Of a stretch of DNA of 39,266 nucleotides, positions 24,918 to 32,067 are shown one piece after another. The translations under genes were made by a program, and so were the position numbers. The DNA is taken from the NCBI GenBank assembly GCA_002715305.1, contig PAYV01000007.1, forward strand, positions 1-39,266. The letters are read 5' to 3'. Below the pieces are notes generated by a model. The model was given only the letters and a program-made list of their open reading frames with translations. It was not told where the DNA came from and did not search any database. The number at the start of each line of letters is the position of its first letter. Positions within the stretch are counted from its first letter, which is position 1. This DNA is from Rickettsiales bacterium (GTDB lineage: Bacteria; Pseudomonadota; Alphaproteobacteria; Methylaequorales; Methylaequoraceae).

Positions 24918-25982
24918 TCATCTTCTTAAATATTTTAACTGTTTTTTATACCAATAATAATATTCGGCTAATCCATCATCAAGATTGATCCTCGCTTTCC
25001 AACCAAGAGAATTAATTTTCTTTACACATAACAATTTTCTAAAAGTTCCATCTGGCTTTGACCGATCAAAAATAATTTTTCCTTTAAATCCAACAATATG
25101 TTTTATTTTTTTTGCAAAATCTCTTATAGAAATTTCCTTACCAGTTCCAATGTTTATAATTTCGTTTGAACTGTATTTTTTTGATAAAAAAATACATGCA
25201 TCTGCAAGATCATCTACATGCATAAATTCTCTGAAAGGATTTCCTGAACCCCAGACTTTTACTTCTTTTGAATTTAAAATTTTAGCATTATGAAATCTAT
25301 CCAATAGAGCAGCAGGCACATGACTATTAATTCCGTTAAAATTATCTCCTGGACCATATAGATTAGTAGGCATAACAGAAATAAAATCACAACCATATTG
25401 TTTTCTGTAAGCTTGACAGAGTTTAATGCCAGCAATTTTTGCTATTGCGTACCATTCATTAGTTGGTTCAGGCTTGCCATTAAGAAGTTGGTCTTCGTTC
25501 ATAGGTTGTTTAGAATCTTTTGGATATATGCATGAAGACCCTAAATAAATTAATTTTTTTATTTTATTTTTGTAAGCAGCATTAATAACATTTGTTGCTA
25601 TAAGAATGTTTTGATATATAAAGTCTGCAGGAAAATTACTATTTGCGTGAATTCCACCAACTTTTCCAGCAGTTAAAAAAATAACCTCAGGCTTGTTAAG
25701 TTTCATCCATTTTTCAACAGAATTTTGAGACAATAAATCTAATTTTTTACGAGAAACTGTAATTACATCATAGTTTTTATTTAATTTTTTAAATATTGCC
25801 TTACCCACCATACCATTATGACCAACTACCCAAATCTTTTTGTCTTTAAGATTAAAGTTTTTATTAGGTTTGATTAATGACGATAATTTAGTGTCTCTTA
25901 ATGATTTTAAACCATTAATATCATACTTTAAGTCAAGTCTACTCTTAAAATTATCAGATTTATCTAAAATTTGAGTTCTCAT
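24918..25982 (-). CDS. fcl: GDP-L-fucose synthase (GDP-4-keto-6-deoxy-D-mannose 3,5-epimerase/4-reductase)
   Basis: 354 aa. IWVVGHNGMVGKAI, AGKVGGIHANSNFPADFIYQNILI, LGSSCIYPK, EPTNEWYAIAKIAG (YxxxK), PTNLYGPGDNF and VWGSGNPFREFMHVDDLADA all match Fcl/WcaG. It carries a ~45-aa N-terminal extension with no alternative start codon. Confidence 0.85.
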   Translation of the reverse strand: MRTQILDKSDNFKSRLDLKYDINGLKSLRDTKLSSLIKPNKNFNLKDKKIWVVGHNGMVGKAIFKKLNKNYDVITVSRKKLDLLSQNSVEKWMKLNKPEVIFLTAGKVGGIHANSNFPADFIYQNILIATNVINAAYKNKIKKLIYLGSSCIYPKDSKQPMNEDQLLNGKPEPTNEWYAIAKIAGIKLCQAYRKQYGCDFISVMPTNLYGPGDNFNGINSHVPAALLDRFHNAKILNSKEVKVWGSGNPFREFMHVDDLADACIFLSKKYSSNEIINIGTGKEISIRDFAKKIKHIVGFKGKIIFDRSKPDGTFRKLLCVKKINSLGWKARINLDDGLAEYYYWYKKQLKYLRR

Positions 25983-26117
25983 ATTTAAAATCCTAGAAAT
26001 AGACTAATTAATCAGCATTTTTCATGCCAAAATGTAATATAAGGAATTATATTTATTAAGTTCTCAATAGTAGTAATAATTTATTTCTTAGTTCATAATG
26101 TGTGTTATGTTAAGCTA

Positions 26118-26900
26118 ATGATTTCATTTTCAGAAATTGAATTTATAAAAAAAACAATAACATTAGCAGGAAAGAAAACCTTGGATTTTCAAAAAGAAAA
26201 TCTTAAAATAGAATTCAAAGAGGATGAATCCCCACTGACAAATGCAGATTTAATTAGTAACGAAGTAATAGTTTCTAACTTGAAAAGTAAATTTAATAGT
26301 ATTTCAATAATTTCTGAAGAAAATAAAAATAGAATAGTTTCAGATTATTTTTTTTTAATAGATCCTCTTGACGGAACAAAAGAATTTATAAAGGGAAGTG
26401 CCGAATTTACAGTAAACATCGCTTTAATAAAAAATAAGAAACCATGCTTTGGTTTTATATATATCCCTAGGCTTAATAAAATTTTCTGGAATGATAAAAA
26501 TAAATCATTTGTTGAAATAAACAAAAAGAAAAAAGTTATTGAATGTAGAAATTGTTTTAAAGTTTTAGATATAGAAATAAGTAAATCTCATATGGATAAA
26601 AAAACAGAAAAATTTGTTAAGAATATAAAATTTGGAAAAGTAAACAGGATTGGTTCATCATTGAAAATATGCAATATTGCTGAGGGAAAATCAAATATTT
26701 ACCCAAGGTTTGGAAAAACTATGGAGTGGGATATAGCTGCAGGTCATTCAATTTTAAAAAAAGCAGGAGGGGAAATTTTCTCTACTAGTCTTTTACCCTT
26801 GGCTTACGGAAAAAAAAATTTTTTAAACGAATCATTTATTGCTATCGGTGGAAGAGAAATTCCAAAGATGATAATCAAAAAATTTACCTCAAATCTGTAA
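26118..26900 (+). CDS. cysQ: 3'(2'),5'-bisphosphate nucleotidase CysQ (inositol monophosphatase family)
   Basis: DESPLTNADL, IISEE, FLIDPLDGTKEF, GSSLKICNIAEGKSNIYPRFGKTMEWDIAAGHSIL. The start is taken at ATG 26118; the track begins at GTG 26100. Confidence 0.8.
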   Translation: MISFSEIEFIKKTITLAGKKTLDFQKENLKIEFKEDESPLTNADLISNEVIVSNLKSKFNSISIISEENKNRIVSDYFFLIDPLDGTKEFIKGSAEFTVNIALIKNKKPCFGFIYIPRLNKIFWNDKNKSFVEINKKKKVIECRNCFKVLDIEISKSHMDKKTEKFVKNIKFGKVNRIGSSLKICNIAEGKSNIYPRFGKTMEWDIAAGHSILKKAGGEIFSTSLLPLAYGKKNFLNESFIAIGGREIPKMIIKKFTSNL

Positions 26901-28232
26901 ATGTTAAAAAAGAATTATTACAAAGAATCAATTATTTTTTTTTCTTGTGGGATTTTAATTTTATTTTTTTTTCCAAATTTTTTTTCTGAAATTGAACCTG
27001 ATAGTTATCAGTATATTTACAATAACTCAAATCGAAAAAGTTTATATCCAATGTTTATAGATATCTTTGGTATTGAAAAAGATGGAAATTATTTTTGGGT
27101 AATTTTTCTTCAACACTTAATACTCAATTTCAGTGTTGTCTATTTGATGTCAACACTTCACAATTTTAATCTTTCTATATTTATGAAAATATTATTTTTT
27201 ATTTTTTTATTTTTAAATATTTATTACATTTCTTTTCCAGCAACAATTTTGACTGAATCTTTATTTTTCTCAGTTGTAAATTTTTCAACAGGGTTATCAA
27301 TCAAAGTAATTTATGAGAAAAATAAAAGTTTTTTTTCTTTAGGGTTGCTTTTAGGGTTAATATTGTCCTTAAAATCTATAGGAATAATTTTATCACTATC
27401 TTTTATATTTTTTATTTTCTATTTAACAAAGCTTAATAAAAAAAAAATTATTTTTTTACTTTTTGGTCTTCTAGTTTTTCCGACTATTGAAAGATTTTAT
27501 CATGGTAAATATTCTATTGGTTCAAAAGGTGATTCAGTTTTATATCAGAGTTTTTTAGGTAAAATCTTTATGATAAGTGGTCAAAAAGATTTCGAAAAGT
27601 CTGTCTTTATTGATAAAGATGATAATTTAATTAAAGATTTAATAAAACAATCATCTTCCGTAAACAAATTTCTAGACGAAATTAAAAATCCATATTTGTT
27701 TCTTGATCTTCATGCTGATTACGAAGTTATTGCTCAATATCAAATATTAGAAATAAATGATCAAAATAGAGAGGAAATTCGAAACTTGTTTTTCAGAATT
27801 TTAGAAAAATATCCAACTCAATTTCTTAAGTTATCTTTAAATCATTATCTAGGACTATGGTTTCCTGGAGGAAAACAAATTTTTCTTAATGAATACCTTT
27901 ATGAAAATCAAAATGTTCAATTGCCACTTAAGGAGGAATTAAATAATGTTTCAGGATCTACATTAGGCATTTCGAAAATGCTTCTTTTGTTAAATCTTAT
28001 TTTTTTTAATATACTTTTATTGAGCTTTACATTAATCACAATAAATAGTTTAGTAAATTTATATAAACGAAAAATAGATTTGATTGACGCTTTTGTAATT
28101 ATAATTCAAATCTATTTAATAGCTGTTTCATTTACAAATATTTCTACGCCAAGATATTTTATGCCAATATATCCGTTAACTTTACTAATTGTTTTTTCAA
28201 AATTCAGAAATTATTCTCGAAACTTTATTTGA
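26901..28232 (+). CDS. polytopic membrane protein, GT-C-fold glycosyltransferase-like (ArnT/PMT_2-like)
   Basis: 443 aa with ~10 hydrophobic segments. The first periplasmic loop, EIEPDSYQYIYNNSNRKSLYPMFI, resembles the D-x-x-Y ... R-x-x-L-Y-P motif of GT39/GT83 enzymes. A ~190-aa soluble insert precedes the last helices. ATG directly abuts the cysQ stop. Confidence 0.45.
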   Translation: MLKKNYYKESIIFFSCGILILFFFPNFFSEIEPDSYQYIYNNSNRKSLYPMFIDIFGIEKDGNYFWVIFLQHLILNFSVVYLMSTLHNFNLSIFMKILFFIFLFLNIYYISFPATILTESLFFSVVNFSTGLSIKVIYEKNKSFFSLGLLLGLILSLKSIGIILSLSFIFFIFYLTKLNKKKIIFLLFGLLVFPTIERFYHGKYSIGSKGDSVLYQSFLGKIFMISGQKDFEKSVFIDKDDNLIKDLIKQSSSVNKFLDEIKNPYLFLDLHADYEVIAQYQILEINDQNREEIRNLFFRILEKYPTQFLKLSLNHYLGLWFPGGKQIFLNEYLYENQNVQLPLKEELNNVSGSTLGISKMLLLLNLIFFNILLLSFTLITINSLVNLYKRKIDLIDAFVIIIQIYLIAVSFTNISTPRYFMPIYPLTLLIVFSKFRNYSRNFI

Positions 28233-28354
28233 TATATTAAAGTTCTTCTATCATTTTTTTATTTAGTTAACATAAGATTTATTAAAATTTAAATTAAAAA
28301 ATTATATTTTATTTGCGTATTGATGTGTAAAATCCTTGAAAGTATATTAGTAAT

Positions 28355-28738
28355 ATGGATTTACAAAAAATTATAAGAATTGTACAGAGTGGAGCGGTTC
28401 TTCTTATCTTTCTAGGTGCAGCAATAGGCTTTGGAACAGAAATTCTTGTAATGTTTAATAAAGGATCAATCCAACTTGCTGATTTGCTTTTGCTCTTCAT
28501 TTATGTTGAAGTGATGGGAATGGTAAGAGTTTACCTTTTAAGTGAAGAAATAAGAATCACTTACCCTTTAATAATTTCAATTACAGCAATATCAAGATTA
28601 ATAATACTTCAGAAAAAAGACCTTGATCCTTCAATTCTTGTTTATGAATCTATCGCTATTTTAATAATTGCGGCTGCAATTATAGTTCTTCGTTTAAGAT
28701 ACCTAAGAGTACTTAAACCTAAAAAAGATCAAAAGTGA
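28355..28738 (+). CDS. psiE: PsiE-family (phosphate-starvation-inducible protein E-like) membrane protein
   Basis: 127 aa, 4 TM. LLLFIYVEVMGMVRVY and ITYPLIISITAISRLIILQKKDLDPSILVYESIAILIIAAAIIVL parallel E. coli PsiE ([50 protein letters not shown]). Confidence 0.65.
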   Translation: MDLQKIIRIVQSGAVLLIFLGAAIGFGTEILVMFNKGSIQLADLLLLFIYVEVMGMVRVYLLSEEIRITYPLIISITAISRLIILQKKDLDPSILVYESIAILIIAAAIIVLRLRYLRVLKPKKDQK

Positions 28739-29427
28739 TTAACTTTTTTCGTAAGAAAAATTCTTTATTTTTATTTTTTGCCTATAACTCTTTAGCCTTT
28801 ACTTTTTTTTTAATTATTTTTTTGTTATTCCCAAAATTAGACATAATAATCTCAAATTTTTTTTTTTTGGAAGGCAAATTTTTATCAGATAAATATATTT
28901 TTATTAAAGATTTAAGAGCTTTCTTAAAGAATTTAATGATATGTATACCAATTTTAGCTTTAGTTTTTTTATTAAAAAATATAATTGATAAAAAGAGAAA
29001 AATAATTGATAGAATAAAATTTAGAACAAAATTTTTTTGTATTGGATTAATTTTAGGACCAATACTTGGTTCTGGACTAATTGCTAACTTATATTTTAAA
29101 GAAAATTGGGGAAGGGCGCGTCCAGTCCATATCGAAGAATTTGGAGGTACAAAAAACTTCACACCTGCATTTATAAAGTCAGATCAATGTGAAACTAATT
29201 GTTCATGGATAAGTGGTGAAACATCAGCTGCGTTTTCATTTGTAATGGGGACTATTATATTAAAAAATTCTTTATTTTTTGTGTTAAATATAATTCTAGG
29301 AATTTTAGTTTTTTTTTGTAGGTTAACTATGGGAGGTCACTTTTTTACCGATAACATTTTTTCTGTTATTTTTATGTTTTATATAGCCATAATTTATAGA
29401 ATTTTAGTTTCTAAATTTTTTAAATAA
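28735..29427 (+). CDS. PAP2-superfamily membrane phosphatase (lipid A / lipid phosphate phosphatase-like)
   Basis: 230 aa. Motif 1 K-x6-RP = KENWGRARP. Motif 2 is SGE instead of SGH. Motif 3 R-x5-H-x3-D = RLTMGGHFFTD. GTG start with a GTGA overlap onto the psiE-like stop. Confidence 0.7.
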   Translation: MINFFRKKNSLFLFFAYNSLAFTFFLIIFLLFPKLDIIISNFFFLEGKFLSDKYIFIKDLRAFLKNLMICIPILALVFLLKNIIDKKRKIIDRIKFRTKFFCIGLILGPILGSGLIANLYFKENWGRARPVHIEEFGGTKNFTPAFIKSDQCETNCSWISGETSAAFSFVMGTIILKNSLFFVLNIILGILVFFCRLTMGGHFFTDNIFSVIFMFYIAIIYRILVSKFFK

Positions 29428-29432
29428 ATCCT

Positions 29433-29537
29433 ATGGTAAAAGTTTTAATTTTAGTTGATCAAAAAAAAAGTAGTGAAAACCAAGCCAATGCCTTATTTAA
29501 TAACTTAAAAAATCTAAGTAAAAAAAAAAATTGTTAA
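29433..29537 (+). pseudogene. detached N-terminal fragment of the ELM1/DUF1022-family gene (different frame from the main ORF)
   Basis: My translation from ATG 29433 is MVKVLILVDQKKSSENQANALFNNLKNLSKKKNC*. VLILVDQKKSSENQANAL matches the conserved ELM1-family N-terminus (vLsDGkaGhENQalGLAeaL). The fragment ends just after a poly(A) run. Confidence 0.55.
29520..29530 (+). repeat. poly(A) run (about A11 by my count) at the frame break of the ELM1-family gene
   Basis: Read from the sequence as ...ctaagt a(11) ttgttaaag. With one A fewer, the frame from ATG 29433 continues as ...SKKKIVKETRVILKKKIHFLPNLGIFLIL, into ORF 29584-30387. The run length is not covered by a tracked ORF, so it needs recounting. 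Confidence 0.6.
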
Positions 29538-29583
29538 AGAAACTAGGGTTATTTTAAAAAAAAAAATTCATTTTTTACCCAAT

Positions 29584-30387
29584 TTGGGTATTTTCCTTAT
29601 ACTAAAAATACAATCTTTTTTCGTCACTGAAAATAAAGAAAAATTCAATTTAATTATTTCCTGTGGAAGAATAACTGCCCCTTATAGCGTTATTTTAAAG
29701 CAGAAATTAAATATAAAGAATATTCATATTCTTAACCCCTATTTAAATTTCAAAAATTTTGATACGGTCATATTACCAAACCACGATAAAGTAAAAATAA
29801 ATAAAAAAGTATTAAATTCAACTGGTATCTTAGCTGATAAACAAAAACTTATTTTTACGAGATCACAGTTATCAAATTTTGAAAATATTTTAGAACTAAA
29901 AAAAAAAAAGGTAATATCAATTCTTATTGGAGGTTCAGGAAAAAGTTCAACAATGTCACTAGATGATATTAGACCAGTTTTAAAAGTAGTTAACGATCTA
30001 AATGATAAACATAAAGTCATTTTTCTGTTTTCAAGAAGAACACCAGAATTTATAAAAAAATTCATAATAAATGAAAAAAGATCTATTGATAACTTCTACC
30101 CACAAAACAATTTTAACCCATATTGGTTCCTATTAAATAGATCTGATTGTATACTTGTTACTGCTGATTCAATTAGTATGACATCTGAAGCTTTACTGAC
30201 TGGTAAACCAATACTGATAATACCAATAATAAAAATTAAGGAAAAAATTAAAAATTTTCATTTTGATTTAAAAAAGCAAGGGTTAATAAAATTTTTTAAA
30301 AATGATATTATTTTCTGGAAGAATAAGTGCTTGGATGAATCAAAGAGAATTGCCTATTTAGTTAAAAAAAAAATTGGATCTTTTTAG
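29584..30387 (+). CDS. ELM1 / DUF1022 family protein (predicted GT-B-like nucleotide-sugar enzyme), main body lacking its N-terminus
   Basis: NLIISCGRITAP, FDTVILPNHDKV, ILIGGSGKSS, FSRRTPEF, NPYWF, ILVTADSISMTSEALLTGKPILI and NFHFDLKKQGLI follow the conserved blocks of the alphaproteobacterial ELM1 family (GRrTap, FDlvvvPrHD, LIGG, SRRT, NPY, VTgDSvSMvSEA-TGkPV). The track start is a TTG. The frame is open upstream to about 29518. Confidence 0.75.
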   Translation: MGIFLILKIQSFFVTENKEKFNLIISCGRITAPYSVILKQKLNIKNIHILNPYLNFKNFDTVILPNHDKVKINKKVLNSTGILADKQKLIFTRSQLSNFENILELKKKKVISILIGGSGKSSTMSLDDIRPVLKVVNDLNDKHKVIFLFSRRTPEFIKKFIINEKRSIDNFYPQNNFNPYWFLLNRSDCILVTADSISMTSEALLTGKPILIIPIIKIKEKIKNFHFDLKKQGLIKFFKNDIIFWKNKCLDESKRIAYLVKKKIGSF

Positions 30388-30389
30388 AG

Positions 30390-31253
30390 CTACCAGCGAT
30401 TATGAATCCATAACCATTGTTCAGGGTTTTTTTTGATCCATCTTTCTATATATTTATTTAGATAAGATAGAATTTCATTTTCATTCTTTATTTCTCTTAA
30501 TTTTTTGTATTCAATTTGTTCAAAATATTCTATTTTAAATTTTGTTCCTTTAATTCTTGTACATACTGCTGGAATAATTGAACATTTAAATTTCAAAGCT
30601 AATTTTGCTATTGCAGGTGCTGTCATCACATTTGTACCAAAAAACTTAGATTGAATTCCATCATTCATTTTTTGATCAATCAACATTCCTAAACTTTCAT
30701 TATTCTTCAACGCTTTGATACAATCTTTGGCTCCTTCTTGTCCTTTTTTTATTAGGTTAACACCATAGTCTAAACGAATTTTTCTTAAAAGCCATTCAAC
30801 GTATTTATTATTCGGTGCTCTATAAATAAAATGAATTTTGAAACCACTTTGAGTTAAAGGATGAGAAGTAAGTTCCCAATTACCTAAATGAGCTGAAAAG
30901 AAAATACAATTTTTATTTTTTTTTAAAGGATTAATTAGATTTTGTAAATTTTTTATATCTATATTAGAGTTTTCAAAAACCTTTATTTTTTTTAAATGAG
31001 GATATTCACCGATTATTCTCCCAAAATGGAACCACATTTTTCTTATAATCTTTTTTTTTTCCTTAATACTTTTTTTAGGAAAAATTCTGTTTAAATTTGA
31101 AATTGCTAATTTATTTCTATTTGAAAAAAAACCAAATATCAAAAAAATCATACCACCAGAAAAAGAAGAGAGTCTTAATCCAATGAATTTACTAAATAAA
31201 AAAAAAAAGGAAATTAAAAAAAATTCAAAAAAATTTTTTATCAAATTTATCAT
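30390..31253 (-). CDS. lpxL: lipid A biosynthesis lauroyl/myristoyl acyltransferase family (LpxL/HtrB-like)
   Basis: 287 aa. N-terminal membrane anchor, H-x4-E/D acyltransferase motif FFSAHLGNWELTS, GMLIDQK, and C-terminal PEQWLWIHNRW, typical of the family. Confidence 0.75.
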   Translation of the reverse strand: MINLIKNFFEFFLISFFFLFSKFIGLRLSSFSGGMIFLIFGFFSNRNKLAISNLNRIFPKKSIKEKKKIIRKMWFHFGRIIGEYPHLKKIKVFENSNIDIKNLQNLINPLKKNKNCIFFSAHLGNWELTSHPLTQSGFKIHFIYRAPNNKYVEWLLRKIRLDYGVNLIKKGQEGAKDCIKALKNNESLGMLIDQKMNDGIQSKFFGTNVMTAPAIAKLALKFKCSIIPAVCTRIKGTKFKIEYFEQIEYKKLREIKNENEILSYLNKYIERWIKKNPEQWLWIHNRW

Positions 31254-31303
31254 TTAATTCGATTATAAATCAAAAAGTAATTAAATGAAAAAAAAATGTA
31301 AAA

Positions 31304-32038
31304 TCAATCTACTACTATTATCGCAGGAGACTTAACATCCGCTTTTTTTTTTAAATTTTTTAAATTTCCAAGCTTTAATTTCCATATTTTTTCATTTTCT
31401 AGAGATGCATTATAAATAATGGAAACCTTTGTATCTTTACTTTTACCATTTTCAATTAATTTACAAGAAATTTTTTCTAATTGTCCAATTCCCATGTAAA
31501 TAATTATTCTACCATTATTTGAACAAATTGATTTGAAATTAATATCTACATTTGGATAATTAATTGATTTATGACCTGTAATTAAATTACAAATATGAGA
31601 ATCATTAAAGAAATTTGAATTTAATTTTTTTATAGATTCTTGAGAAGCTGTTATACCAGAGAATACTTTAAATTTAATTTTATTGTTCTTCAAGTATTCT
31701 GATTCTTGACTTACTCTACTGAAAAAAGATGGGTCTCCCCCTTTAAGTCTTAAAACTTTATTACCTTTTTTAGCATATTTAACCAGCCAAAGATTAATAT
31801 CATTTTGAGAACATGCTTTTTTATTTTTTAATTTTCCTGCAAAAATCAATTTTGCATACTTTTTACAATATTTTAAAATTTCCTTATTCACTAGCGCATC
31901 ATAAATCACAACATCCGCAATCATTAAAATGTTTAAGACTCTATATGTTAGAAGTTTAACTGATCCCGGTCCTGCTCCTGCAATTATTACACTGCCATCT
32001 TCAAATTCTGTTCTTATAGGTTTATAATTACTAAGCAT
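31304..32038 (-). CDS. cobA: uroporphyrinogen-III C-methyltransferase (SUMT, CobA / CysG C-terminal domain type)
   Basis: 244 aa. VIIAGAGPGSVKLLTYRVLNILMIADVVIYDALV and VLRLKGGDPSFFSRVSQE match the tetrapyrrole methylase signatures. Confidence 0.75.
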   Translation of the reverse strand: MLSNYKPIRTEFEDGSVIIAGAGPGSVKLLTYRVLNILMIADVVIYDALVNKEILKYCKKYAKLIFAGKLKNKKACSQNDINLWLVKYAKKGNKVLRLKGGDPSFFSRVSQESEYLKNNKIKFKVFSGITASQESIKKLNSNFFNDSHICNLITGHKSINYPNVDINFKSICSNNGRIIIYMGIGQLEKISCKLIENGKSKDTKVSIIYNASLENEKIWKLKLGNLKNLKKKADVKSPAIIVVD

Positions 32039-32067
32039 TTTATAAATAATACCATCAATTTTACTAT

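Noticed and set aside
24985-25293. 102-aa plus-strand ORF inside fcl
   Set aside because: It is antisense to a strongly supported Fcl gene.
25983-26117. Divergent promoter region between fcl and cysQ
   Set aside because: Several AT-rich -10-like hexamers are present, but none has a convincing -35 partner or conserved repeat. They are too ambiguous to annotate.
26118-26900. Idea that cysQ next to the glycan cluster signals a PAPS-dependent sulfated glycan
   Set aside because: I could not find any sulfotransferase-like ORF (no PKxGTT/RDP-type motifs) or PAPS synthesis genes in the window. CysQ is also a general housekeeping PAP phosphatase.
28233-28354. Looked for a Pho box upstream of the psiE-like gene
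   Set aside because: No direct repeat resembling CTGTCAT-type Pho boxes is visible. The gap is simply AT-rich, so phosphate control remains a hypothesis only.
28782-29162. 126-aa minus-strand ORF inside the PAP2 gene
   Set aside because: It is antisense to a CDS with clear PAP2 motifs. It is a Lys/Phe/Ile-rich shadow ORF and has no independent support.
29739-30065. 108-aa minus-strand ORF inside the ELM1-family gene
   Set aside because: It is antisense to a CDS with conserved family blocks and has no recognisable features.
30386-30397. GCTACCAGCG on the plus strand (CGCTGGTAGC on the minus strand), a partial resemblance to the ops-like core
   Set aside because: Only GGTAGC is shared. It lies inside the last codons of the lpxL-like gene (…NRW*) and lacks the GCGG and the flanking TATT, so it is a chance match.
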